62,801 bases of DNA, filler included, from Octopus bimaculoides (GCF_001194135.2; 3 parts of 3 records of this genome joined end to end with filler, not necessarily neighbours in it); one strand, 5' to 3'. Counted from the whole stretch's first letter, positions 39,468 to 51,478 are shown. A program made the numbers and translations. The notes: a model not told the origin generated them from the letters alone.

Positions 39468-39897
39468 AGGTAAATCGTTTCTCATCGACACACGAGGTTA
39501 GTAATCTAGAACTGGAATGATTAGGACAACAACAGCAACAACAACAACAACAACAGTAGCAACGAAATATTGAATGTCACGACCTAAAAGTGATTATTCA
39601 TAGTAACAGCTGCATAAGGTCAACCGCAGCAACAGATGTTTCATGTCGCAACAGAGACGTGTGACATCAAACGACCACACCCAAACAAACACTCACACGT
39701 ACGTTTGCATATATGGACACTAAGCATATTCATGTATCTCGAGATAAAGGAACAGACCTGGAGATTTACACAGGGAACAAAAAGAAAAGAAGATAAAAAT
39801 ATAGAAAATAAACATTCAAGAAAGATTGCAGCCAAATCAAGAAGTCAAGTGCACAATTCAAGATACGTGCAATACGTACACTCACATCTATCTATCC

Positions 39898-39959
<62 letters not shown>

Positions 39960-40080
39960 GTCTATCGATCTATGTCTGTCTATCTGTCTTCTGCGTCTTT
40001 TGCCTCTCTCTGTCTTCTCTCTTTCTCTCTATTTATCTATCTGTGTTTATCTATCTGTCTGTCTGTCTGTCTGTTTGTCA

Positions 40081-40157
<77 letters not shown>

Positions 40158-40169
40158 ACCAGCACTGCT

Positions 40170-40534
40170 ATCCACACCGCCATATGCACAACCAATTAAA
40201 CAGCTCTACAAACAAACGAAGGAACATCAGCAACCAACAAGCCAGCCCAACCAAACAACACCACCACCAACGCCACCAATTCAGAAACAACACCATCACC
40301 ACAACCACCAACAACAACTGCGAAGAAAGAAGAGAAAACCAAAAAGACTCATACCCCACCCCCAAAATCCCATACAACACATCCCAAATGTGACCAACCA
40401 GCACCAACACCAAGAACAAGATCAACACACCCAGAAATAGACCCCAATACCCTTCCCCTCCCACCTTCTGATTCCTTCGACATATCGTTAGAGGATTGGT
40501 AAGTGGCCACAAGGGGAAGGAGAAAAAAGTGTGG
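40170..40534 (+). mobile_element. Possible LINE ORF1 C-terminal remnant
   Basis: Pro/Thr-rich frame ending SLEDW*VATRGRRKK just before an N-gap. The resemblance to L1/Tx1 ORF1 tails is inference only. Confidence 0.3.
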
Positions 40535-41931
40535 NNNNNNNNNNNNNNNNNNNNNNNNNNNNNNNNNNNNNNNNNNNNNNNNNNNNNNNNNNNNNNNNNN
40601 NNNNNNNNNNNNNNNNNNNNNNNNNNNNNNNNNNNNNNNNNNNNNNNNNNNNNNNNNNNNNNNNNNNNNNNNNNNNNNNNNNNNNNNNNNNNNNNNNNNN
40701 NNNNNNNNNNNNNNNNNNNNNNNNNNNNNNNNNNNNNNNNNNNNNNNNNNNNNNNNNNNNNNNNNNNNNNNNNNNNNNNNNNNNNNNNNNNNNNNNNNNN
40801 NNNNNNNNNNNNNNNNNNNNNNNNNNNNNNNNNNNNNNNNNNNNNNNNNNNNNNNNNNNNNNNNNNNNNNNNNNNNNNNNNNNNNNNNNNNNNNNNNNNN
40901 NNNNNNNNNNNNNNNNNNNNNNNNNNNNNNNNNNNNNNNNNNNNNNNNNNNNNNNNNNNNNNNNNNNNNNNNNNNNNNNNNNNNNNNNNNNNNNNNNNNN
41001 NNNNNNNNNNNNNNNNNNNNNNNNNNNNNNNNNNNNNNNNNNNNNNNNNNNNNNNNNNNNNNNNNNNNNNNNNNNNNNNNNNNNNNNNNNNNNNNNNNNN
41101 NNNNNNNNNNNNNNNNNNNNNNNNNNNNNNNNNNNNNNNNNNNNNNNNNNNNNNNNNNNNNNNNNNNNNNNNNNNNNNNNNNNNNNNNNNNNNNNNNNNN
41201 NNNNNNNNNNNNNNNNNNNNNNNNNNNNNNNNNNNNNNNNNNNNNNNNNNNNNNNNNNNNNNNNNNNNNNNNNNNNNNNNNNNNNNNNNNNNNNNNNNNN
41301 NNNNNNNNNNNNNNNNNNNNNNNNNNNNNNNNNNNNNNNNNNNNNNNNNNNNNNNNNNNNNNNNNNNNNNNNNNNNNNNNNNNNNNNNNNNNNNNNNNNN
41401 NNNNNNNNNNNNNNNNNNNNNNNNNNNTCTCCCACTTGGATTTGAAATGTTGCCACAATTATAATATGTCTATTCTACTGTAATTTTCTGCATTTTCGTG
41501 CAGCTGAAGATTGCTCTTCATATTGCATTTAATGTAATACTCGCATTACTTAAATAAATGGAGTAGCATGAAACGTGCGTACTGCAATCATCTTTGAAAT
41601 CCGTGTTGCTTATTTTGATTTATATATATATATAATGTAATCTAGATTCAGTTGAATTAGGTACTTAAATTGAGGCACCTTGTTAGGACGAACTTATTTG
41701 CACACTCAGACAATATTAGGTGAGTATCAAACTCTACATAGAATTTTTTCCACTCGATATTCATGAAGTGTATGCAGATGGCACGATCCAACTTAGTGAA
41801 TAAATCCGCTCTTGTTTGTTCTGACATGTACTTTATATAAAGATACTTTCCAAATACTTGCGAGGTGCAGATTCCAAGGTAGGTGAATATCTTTGTTACT
41901 CATTTATACACCCCACCCGCCACACAAGCAC

Positions 41932-41978
<47 letters not shown>

Positions 41979-42084
41979 TACCCCTCCACCGCTCGACAAC
42001 CGGTGCTGGTGTGTATGGACCGCCGTAATATAGCGGTCAGGAAAAATACTCCGGTAGATTAAACACTAGGCTTTTAAAGAAAAG

Positions 42085-42150
<66 letters not shown>

Positions 42151-42989
42151 GAATCTAGTAGAGAAACACAAACCGACTTTACTTCTGCTTCAAGTTTTGG
42201 ATCTAACCTAGTATTCATATAAATAATTATGACAGGTATATGGACAGAATATTGAATTAAATGACTTCAAGTCTGTCAGAAGTAAATTTCTTTCTATTCC
42301 TTAGAATTCCGACTACTTTTTGATTTCCTTTGGGAAGCCATAGTGATGGGAATAATTTTTGATATGACCACCATTAATGTATGTGTATCTGTGAGTGACA
42401 GAAGTGCGTTTGCATGCGTTTGTATGTGTGTGTGTGTGTGTTTGTGGGAGTGGGAGTTATGTGTGCTGGTATGTGTGTTTGTGTAAGGTGATTGGCAGCC
42501 TATAATGCCGTAACATTTATAAACCGCTGGCTTACATCTGACTTCTGCTAGCAAGTATCAGTCTGTGTAGGAACTGAGATGCTGACAAGTGTTTGACATT
42601 TTACTGTCAGCACACAGCCTTTTCCTTCAGCAAGGCTTTCTAGCGGGCCTTCCCACAGTAACACACAACAACTGGATGCTTTGCGGCTCCACTTTGGAAT
42701 CTTGGGAATGCAGTAGGCTACAGAATTACAACGTATATGCCACTTCTGATGGACGTGCTCTCGTACTTCGCAAACGCTGCTCTCAAGGTTTGTTGGCGAA
42801 TCTAAACAGGGAACATCCGCAGAGAAAAACAAGCAGCGACGATGAGCCTCAGGCTGGTTTCCGACATATTGGGATTTACATCAGATTCCTGCAGCTGAGA
42901 GGTATCACCAATCGTACTGATTTTCTCTCTCCCTCACCCCACTCACACTCATGCATACACATTTCTCCCACCTTCTCTCTTTCTCAGGC

Positions 42990-43140
42990 ACACTCACTTG
43001 CTTCCAAACCATATGGTTCTGGTTTCAGTCTTACACCGTGGAACCCTGAGCAAGTGACTCCTGAGCAAGTGTCTCCATAGCCTCGAGGCGACCAAAGCTT
43101 TGGTAGTGAATTTGGCAGACGAAACAAAAAGATGACTGTC
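42990..43140 (+). mobile_element. SINE B head fragment
   Basis: ggtttcagtcttacaccgtggaaccctgagcaagtg...gcctcgaggcgaccaaagc. Confidence 0.6.
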
Positions 43141-43300
43141 GTTAACTCTTCGAAACGCCGGTGTTTTAATGGTGGCAGCTGATGAAGGATATGTTCTCTA
43201 TGTGGCCTGCTTGTTTGTTGTACCTTGTTTATCATTTTGTCCATGTTCTTTTGCAACGGCATGTACCCAGATATGTATCTATATGTACATGTAGATGAAG
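43141..43300. repeat. ~155-bp dispersed element (see 6800-6955)
   Basis: ttaactcttcgaaacgccggtgttttaatggtggcagctgatgaagg... Confidence 0.7.
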
Positions 43301-43336
43301 GTATGTACATACATGTACATATATATNNNNNNNNNN

Positions 43337-43370
<34 letters not shown>

Positions 43371-44509
43371 TGCGCCTAGCTGTCTATATTAATCTTTTGT
43401 ATACGCATTAGCCGTCCACTAAATCATCCAAAGATTTTTATATTTTTGTGGTAAATACATATATGCTGACAGACGGAATTCCTCGATATCTGCCGAAAGA
43501 GCGGTCCTTACTGACGATGCATACGGAAATAGGCGAAACTAAACGTTTAGTCTAAGGAATTTTCGTGTCAGTGGTTGGTCGATTACATCCCCTGTCGGCA
43601 TGTATGTATACATTTGCGCTTTTTCTACAGCACTAACAGCATTTTAACGCTTATTTCAGGCAATGTAAATGTCTTGACACCCTTAGTCACATTTAGAGAA
43701 GTTTGAATTTTTCTTTTACGTTATCACATTGTGCTTAGTTGATTATATTAATTTTATATATGTACACACACACACACACANNNNNNNNNNNNNNNNNNNN
43801 NNNNNNNNNNNNNNNNNNNNNNNNNNNNNNNNNNNNNNNNNNNNNNNNNNNNNNNNNNNNNNNNNNNNNNNNNNNNNNNNNNNNNNNNNNNNNNNNNNNN
43901 NNNNNNNNNNNNNNNNNNNNNNNNNNNNNNNNNNNNNNNNNNNNNNNNNNNNNNNNNNNNNNNNNNNNNNNNNNNNNNNNNNNNNNNNNNNNNNNNNNNN
44001 NNNNNNNNNNNNNNNNNNNNNNNNNNNNNNNNNNNNNNNNNNNNNNNNNNNNNNNNNNNNNNNNNNNNNNNNNNNNNNNNNNNNNNNNNNNNNNNNNNNN
44101 NNNNNNNNNNNNNNNNNNNNNNNNNNNNNNNNNNNNNNNNNNNNNNNNNNNNNNNNNNNNNNNNNNNNNNNNNNNNNNNNNNNNNNNNNNNNNNNNNNNN
44201 NNNNNNNNNNNNNNNNNNNNNNNNNNNNNNNNNNNNNNNNNNNNNNNNNNNNNNNNNNNNNNNNNNNNNNNNNNNNNNNNNNNNNNNNNNNNNNNNNNNN
44301 NNNNNNNNNNNNNNNNNNNNNNNNNNNNNNNNNNNNNNNNNNNNNNNNNNNNNNNNNNNNNNNNNNNNNNNNNNNNNNNNNNNNNNNNNNNNNNNNNNNN
44401 NNNNNNNNNNNNNNNNNNNNNNNNNNNNNNNNNNNNNNNNNNNNNNNNNNNNNNNNNNNNNNNNNNNNNNNNNNNNNNNNNNNNNNNATATATATATATA
44501 TATATATAC

Positions 44510-44845
44510 AGAGACCCCCTTCGGTCATGAATAACCATGGGATTACACCTAGAAAATTCCTTTCCGAGGTACAAGTCCGGGCAGGGTTGTTTATGGAAGA
44601 ACAGCAGTGGCCCATGCATACGAGCCTCTCCTCTCTCCACACCACCGATGTTATCCAAGGGAAAGGCAAAGGGGCCGATACAGCTTGGCACCAGTGACGT
44701 CGCAACTCATTTCTACAGCTGAGTGAACTGGAGCAACGTGAAACAATGTTTTTTGCTCAAGAACACAACACACTACCCGATCTGAGGAATCGACCTCACT
44801 ACCTCACGACTGTGAGCCCGACGCTCTAACCACTGAGTCATGGAC
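44510..44845 (-). mobile_element. SINE family D (tRNA + CORE-like + tail 2)
   Basis: Head/core shared with C and E. Tail tgcgacgtcactggtgccaagctgtatcggcccctttgcctttcccttggataac. Second copy at 62470-62785. Confidence 0.85.
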
Positions 44846-45404
44846 ATTCACGTGTTAATCTTGGTTTTCCTGCTGATGTTAGCTGGCCTTGCAAAATATT
44901 ATTTTGCTAAAAATAGCTTGAAACCATGGTTTAGGAAATAGATGGTAAATGTTTTTTATTTTTCATTCCCTTTCGAAATTATCCCTAATTATGGTTTGGA
45001 GTTTGACTGCTCCTTCTAGAGGATTAGATGTCCTATTATGGACATCTCTCTTATGTGTTTAAATGTACACTGTATGTATTTATATGAATAATATATAGTC
45101 TATTGACTAGTTTTTTTCTTCTCGCTAGACCACTGGTAGCAAATAGAATTTCTAAATTTTTTGCTNNNNNNNNNNNNNNNNNNNNNNNNNNNNNNNNNNN
45201 NNNNNNNNNNNNNNNNNNNNNNNNNNNNNNNNNNNNNNNNNNNNNNNNNNNNNNNNNNNNNNNNNNNNNNNNNNNNNNNNNNNNNNNNNNNNNNNNNNNN
45301 NNNNNNNNNNNNNNNNNNNNNNNNNNNNNNNNNNNNNNNNNNNNNNNNNNNNNNNNNNNNNNNNNNNNNNNNNNNNNNNNNNNNNNNNNNNNNNNNNNNN
45401 NNNN

Positions 45405-45444
<40 letters not shown>

Positions 45445-45519
45445 CACATGTGCACTCACATCCTCTCTCTCTCCCTCCCTCTATAAATCTGTCTCTTTTA
45501 CACCAAAAACCCTGCTCAA

Positions 45520-45880
45520 TATTTGCAACTCGACAGGCCAAATTCAGCGTCGTGATGACGTACTATAATGTAAATATTGATGTTCTCAGGCTGCATGGAG
45601 AGGATCTTTATAACGAGCTTAGTGATGGCCACCTTTTTTTTTAAGTGTTCCCATCATGGTGGATATCAGCAACATGGCATCGGTTTTGTTGTGACAAACA
45701 GTGTGCTATCTAAACTGACTGAGACACCAGTTAATATTAGAGAGCGTTGCATGTCAATTCGTACTCCCTATGCAAATAGAAACTATATTACGTCAATAAG
45801 TACCTATGTCACAATTCTTCCATCTGAGAAACAGGACAGATACTCTTTGTATTATCAAGACAACACATTATGTCGCTGAA
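45520..45880 (+). mobile_element. RTE/BovB-type APE endonuclease fragment
   Basis: YNVNIDVLRLHGED...GHLFF*...QQHGIGFVVTNSVLSKL...IRERCMSIRTP...YITSISTYV matches the BovB-like APE pattern (GVGF...KL...RLMTLR...IISAYAPT). Confidence 0.7.
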
Positions 45881-45936
45881 CTCGTTAGTTCTTGTGACTT
45901 CTAATCATTTCGCATGGTAATATTATATGTGAAGTT

Positions 45937-46155
45937 AAGGTGGTGAGCTGGCAGAATCATTAGCACGCCGGACAAAATGGTTAGCGGCATTTCGTCTGTC
46001 TTTTACGTTCTGAGTTCAAATGCCGCCGAGGCAGACTTTGCCTTTCATCCTTTCGGGGTTGAGAAAATAAGTACCAGGTGAGCACTAAGGTCGAATTAAT
46101 CCACTTAGCTCCTCCCACGAAATTGCGGGCCTTGTTTCAAAATTTGAAACCAATG
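45937..46155 (+). mobile_element. SINE A, full length
   Basis: Family motifs present, CpGs retained. Confidence 0.9.
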
Positions 46156-46256
46156 TTATATGTGAAATTTCCCTTTGATCTCTTCGTGAGAAGCGATAAA
46201 ATAAAGCAAACATACTAATGGGTGATTTTCTTTCACGAGAAGGGAGGAATAAAATA

Positions 46257-46387
46257 CAATAATACTTCACTTTACGAGGACCTGTTTTACGAGACCCCAG
46301 GTTTACAAGTTTTATTTTCTGCTCACGACTTTTCGCTTTACGAGCGGTCCTCAGGAACACATTAACTTGTATATCGAGGCATTACTG
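46257..46387. mobile_element. pogo/Tigger-type MITE
   Basis: TA|CAATAATACTTCACTTTACGAG ... CTTGTATATCGAGGCATTACTG|TA. Confidence 0.75.
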
Positions 46388-47100
46388 TATCTAGGATTGA
46401 AAGACTGGGTGCTATGATGTTGACAAAATTATAGCAATGCAATGACACTTCTTTCTATTCATGAGTAGAAAATGTTATTGTCAACACCATATTGCAGCAG
46501 AAGAATCAGAGGAACCGACACAAGTCCTTGTGGATGCATCCCAAATAAAAGCATTGGCACCTTACAGATTACATCAGGTTCAGACGACAAAATAATCGTC
46601 AAAGATATTCTGGTCATTCACACAATAAGAGGAGACGAGCCAAAACAGTGTCACGTGATGACAAACTATCATATGACAGTAAAAAAGGTCTGTTTAACAT
46701 GAGTGTCCTTTGCTCCACGAAAGAGCTCAAACATAAAGGTGCTCGACAATCCCGCTCTCTTTATGGATTTTTGTCATAAACCAGATGTCACCAAGGAAGC
46801 CGAACTGAACAAGAAATACTGGATTCTCTGGCTTAGGCAGAAGTGTTTTCCTTTGCACTCCACTATTATTGACCAGTGTTTCAGTAAAAATATACCTGAA
46901 ATTCTCAAATTCCACCCTCTGAATGCTGACAATTTCTTCTTGTCCGAAGACCACGCAGAAGAGTGTCAGGCCCTCAAGTGCCTATGTAAACCGATCCTTG
47001 AGCCTGTAAGGCTTTTCTTCCTACCTGCACTTAGTAGTTTTAAAGTGAGGGTCAGTCCGCGCAATTCGATCCCACTCTTTAGTATTGAGCTAAGACGGCT

Positions 47101-47272
47101 GCGGTGACCAGCAAGCTGTACCATTGTCATCAGAATAGTTGTTTCCTAGGTGAATTGCCTTGCAGGACTGGAGAGTTCCACCCAATGCGGTGATCAGCAA
47201 GCTGTACCATTTTCATCAGAATAGTTGTTTCCTAGGTGAATTGCCTTGCAGGACTGGAGAGTTTCACCCAAT
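47101..47272. repeat. 86-bp tandem duplication (2 copies, 3 mismatches)
   Basis: 47101-47186 versus 47187-47272. Confidence 0.9.
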
Positions 47273-47613
47273 CTGCAGCTGCCAGAAGAGTATCAAAAGA
47301 GACACTGGACCATTTGAGGGACTAAACTCTTTGATTTGCTGTCGAGGTTTACTCTCTTAGCCTTTTTCCTTTCCCAAGGCACTCACACAGCAGTAAAGGT
47401 TTGTGTTTGTAGTTTCCTCCATACCGTGCTAATTGACCCATAGCTGGGACCCTGACAAGTGCTACTACTCTGGATTATTATAAATCTAGAAACAACTGTG
47501 GCTAGGAGGATGGTCCTCACTTCCTCATCCCTCAAAATTCTCTAAACCTCCTGAACCAGAGCGTCACTATGGGATACAGTTTAATGTCACGCCCAGGATA
47601 TACACTCTATATT

Positions 47614-48001
47614 GTTGTTGTTGACACTCCGTCGCTTACGACGTCGAGGGTTCCAGTTGATCCGATCAATGGAACAGCCTGCTCGTGAAATTAACGTGCA
47701 AGTGGCTGAGCACTCCACAGACACGTGTACCCTTAACGTAGTTCTCGGGGATATTCAGCGTGACACAGTGTGACAAGGCTGACCCTTTGAATTACAGGCA
47801 CAACACAAACAGGAAGTAAGAGTGAGAGAATGTTGTGGTGAAAGAGTACAGCAGGGTTCGCCACCATCCCCTGCCGGAGCCTCGTGGAGCTTTTAGGTGT
47901 TTTCGCTCAATAAACACTCACAACGCCCGGTCTGGGAATCGAAACTGCGATCCTATGACCGCGAGTCCGCTGCTCTAACCACTGGGCCATTGCGCCTCCA
48001 C
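47614..48001 (-). mobile_element. SINE C' (tRNA head, different middle, tail 1, (CAA)n end), intact insertion
   Basis: Perfect 12-bp TSD acactctatatt (47602-47613 and 48002-48013). Head tggaggcgcaatggcccagtggttagagc...gtttcgattcc. Confidence 0.9.
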
Positions 48002-48059
48002 ACACTCTATATTACTGTTATGGAAACCTAAAAGATTCAAGACTAAACAATCATATCAA

Positions 48060-48260
48060 TTTTGGTATGATAATAAGATTGTGGTTTCGATTCCTGAAGG
48101 GGCAATATGTTGTGTTCTTCAGCAGAATAATTCATTTCACATTGTCCCAGTCGCCTCAGCTGGCAAAAATGAGTAATTCTGAGACGGGCCGGCATCCAGT
48201 CCAGGTGGGGTGGAATATATAAGCAACAGAATCCGGGAAACCGGCCCTAGGAGCCCACGG
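48060..48260 (+). mobile_element. SINE E, decayed
   Basis: gtttcgattcctg...tcagctggcaaaaatgagt...ccggcatccagtccagg...gggaaaccggccc. Confidence 0.7.
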
Positions 48261-48399
48261 CCTGTAATCAAGCGGTTCGACAAAGAGTCCGATAAAACAA
48301 ATAACCGACTAAGTATTGGGGTCGATTTGTTCGACTAAACCTATCCAAGGTGGTAGCCATAGCTGTTATTGCATGGTTATGAGAACGTTTGTGTGCGCG

Positions 48400-48519
48400 T
48401 GAATGTGTATGTGTGCAGTTCCAAGTGTGTGTGTGTGTGCGCTACGAAGGGCGTAATATGCGATGTTTCATGATCTGGCAGCCATAGATGTATGTATGCC
48501 TTTGAATAGGAGTTTGCGC

Positions 48520-48554
<35 letters not shown>

Positions 48555-49015
48555 CGAGTTTTAAGTGTGTGTGTGTGTGTGTGGCTTTAAGTATGTGTGT
48601 GCGCTTGTGTGTATATGAGTGCTCCTAAGTGTGTTCTTGTTTGCGTGGGCTGTCTTTGTATGTGTGTGTGTATATGTGTGTATGTGTGTGTGCATATACG
48701 AGTTTTTTAGTGTGTGTGTGTATTTGTGTGCGTGTTTCTGTGTGTGTGTGCATATACGAGTTTTAAGTGTGTGTATGTGCGTATGGTTTTAAGTATGTTT
48801 GCGTGTGAATGCTCCTAAGTGTGTTCTTGCTTACGTGGGCTGTCTTCGTGTGTTTACATATACGAGCTTTTAAGTGTGTGTGGTTTTAAGTATGTGTGTG
48901 TGTTTGCGTGTGTGTGTGTGTGCATACGAGTTATAAGTGTATGTATGTGTGTGTGTGTGTTTGTTTGTATGTGAGTGTTCCTAAGGGTTTTCTTGTTTGT
49001 GTGGGCTGTCTTTGT

Positions 49016-49049
<34 letters not shown>

Positions 49050-49350
49050 CTGTGTGTGCGCGCACATATACGAGTTTTTAAGTGTGTGTGGTTTTAAGTA
49101 TGTGTTTGTGTGTGTGTGTGTGTGTATACAAGTTTTAAGTGTGTGTATGTGTTTTTAAGTATGTGTGTGTGTGTGAGTGCTCCTAAGTGTGTTCTTGTTT
49201 GCGTTGCTGTCTTTGTGTGTGTGTGTGTGTAGTTTTATGTATGTGTGTGTGTGTGAGTGCGTGTGTGGTTTGAAGTATGTGTGTGTGTGTGTGTGAGTGT
49301 GTGTATATGAGTGCTCCTAAGTGTGTTCTTGTTTGCGTGGGCTGTCTGTG
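48400..49350. repeat. Higher-order minisatellite built from fixed motifs separated by variable (TG)n
   Basis: gctcctaagtgtgttcttgtttgcgtgggctgtctt at 48621, 48811, 48977, 49179 and 49313, with interleaved tacgagttttaag and ggttttaagta. Confidence 0.85.
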
Positions 49351-50384
49351 ACTTCTGGATTTGTTTGCCATTGATGTTTGTATGTTTGTGTGGTCCCCGA
49401 GTGAGTGTATATATATGTGTATATATGTGTATAATGTTTGATGAGCGTACATATATTTCTATGCATGCATGCATATACGTACGTAGGTATGGATGTATGT
49501 GTGCACGAATGTATGCATTTGTATGTGTGTATACATGTACTATGTTTCTGTATATTTATTCATGTGTATGTGCATGTATTTGCAATTATGTATGCATGTA
49601 TGCATGTGCGTATGTGTGTCTGTATGTATGCATGCATGTATGTGTGTATGTATGTGCGTATATATTTATATATGTTTACAAAGGTGTGTCTGAATCCCTT
49701 CGGCAAACTGATCTGACCGATATTGATGTGTGTATATATCTATGTGAGTGTGCGAGTGCATATATGAGCATACTTCGGTTCTATATAAGTGAGTGTGCGT
49801 GCGTGTGTGTGTGTACGTGTGTATGTGTGTGAGAGTGTGCGTGTGAATGTACATGTATGTGTGTGTATGTATGTGTCTGAGCGTATGTGCCTGTAACTAT
49901 TCCTGCGGCTAGTTCACTTCGCACACATCAACCTATCTACGTACTTGTGTGGGTGTTTTTATTTTACACATGTGTGTGTGTGTATGTGTGTATGTGTGTG
50001 TGTCCGTATGTGAGTGTATTTGCGTGTATGTGTTTGTTTGTGTACCGCTGCGGTTTCTTGATTTGACAACTATTATTTATATATCATAAATGTATGTTTG
50101 TGAGGGTGTATGTTTAGGTATATGAATATATATGTGTGTATATATGTTTGTGTGTGGGAATGTGTGTACATATGTGTGTATATGTGCGTGTATGTGTGTG
50201 TGTGTGCTATTTGGACAGCAACGATGTGTTGTTATTTTTTAGTGTGTATACATGCTTATTTAAACACACACACACACACACACACACGCATATATATATA
50301 TGTATGCCTGTATATGTGTGTGTATCTTTGCATGTTTAGAGTTAAGACTTAAAGTGAAGATGTTGAGAAAACTACGTGTAATGG

Positions 50385-50411
<27 letters not shown>

Positions 50412-50416
<5 letters not shown>

Positions 50417-50637
50417 TACTCATTTACTCTTTTACTTGTTTCAGTCATTTGACTGTGGCCATGCTGGAGCACCGCCTTTACTCGAGCAAATCGACCCCAG
50501 GACTTATTCTTTGTAAGCCTAGTAATTATTCTATTGGTCTCTCTTTTGCCGAACCGCTAAGTGACGGAGACATAAGCATACCACCATCGGTTGTCAAGCA
50601 ATGCTAGGGGGACAAACACAGACACACAAACACAGAC

Positions 50638-50681
<44 letters not shown>

Positions 50682-50756
50682 ACACCCACACACACATATA
50701 TATACATATACACGACGGGCTTCTTTCAGTTTCCGTCTACCAAATCCACTCACAAG
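50412..50756 (-). mobile_element. SINE B (head lost in gap)
   Basis: High similarity to 33281-33676. Confidence 0.9.
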
Positions 50757-51097
50757 NNNNNNNNNNNNNNNNNNNNNNNNNNNNNNNNNNNNNNNNNNNN
50801 NNNNNNNNNNNNNNNNNNNNNNNNNNNNNNNNNNNNNNNNNNNNNNNNNNNNNNNNNNNNNNNNNNNNNNNNNNNNNNNNNNNNNNNNNNNNNNNNNNNN
50901 NNNNNNNNNNNNNNNNNNNNNNNNNNNNNNNNNNNNNNNNNNNNNNNNNNNNNNNNNNNNNNNNNNNNNNNNNNNNNNNNNNNNNNNNNNNNNNNNNNNN
51001 NNNNNNNNNNTGACTGTACGTACATGTGCATGACGATTAGTTTTAGTTTTTCACTTAAAATCCCTTTATAATCGTAATTTTCACCATCTGAAAAATA

Positions 51098-51478
51098 TTT
51101 CATTTTCATTTTCATTTTATCTTGTTTCAGCTCATGAGCTGTGGCCATGCTGGACGCACCACCATTTGGTGTTGCTACACAATTTTACTTCACGAATTTT
51201 ACTTCAGGAATTGACATTTGGTGCATGAGAGAGTTTGATGCAGCTGCCCTCATCTGCACCTCCTGCCGTGAAGTTGGTTCATCTGGGACACTTGACAGGA
51301 AGAGGTCCAGCCTCGTCTTGAAGACACCTACATCCACCCCATGCAAGTCTTTCAGGTCCTTCGGGATGATATTGAAGAGCTGTGGACCTCTGAACCCCAG
51401 GCTATTGCAGTATCTTGTCCTACATCTTGATGGCAAGTTTGGAGTCCTTGGCGCTATGCAATGGCGTCCAGTTTTTTT
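51098..51478 (-). mobile_element. CR1-clade LINE 3' end
   Basis: TGRHCIAP...NSLGFRGPQLFNIIPKDLKDLHGVDVGVFKTRLDLFLSSVPDEP...RAAASNSLMHQ..., stop 51185-51187, short 3' UTR and (ATGAAA)n tail. Confidence 0.85.

Noticed and set aside
40349-41483. Long ORFs spanning 40.5-41.4 kb and other gaps
   Set aside because: Their length comes entirely from N-runs.
47900-48001. tRNA-like sequences with A/B boxes (also 39150-39217, 44790-44845, 58535-58600, 12955-12995)
   Set aside because: They lack a complete acceptor stem and continue into SINE bodies or LTR sequence, so they are not tRNA genes.
48400-49350. CRISPR-like repeat/spacer appearance
   Set aside because: The spacers are homologous TG-rich sequence, the repeats are degenerate, there are no cas genes, and the context is eukaryotic.
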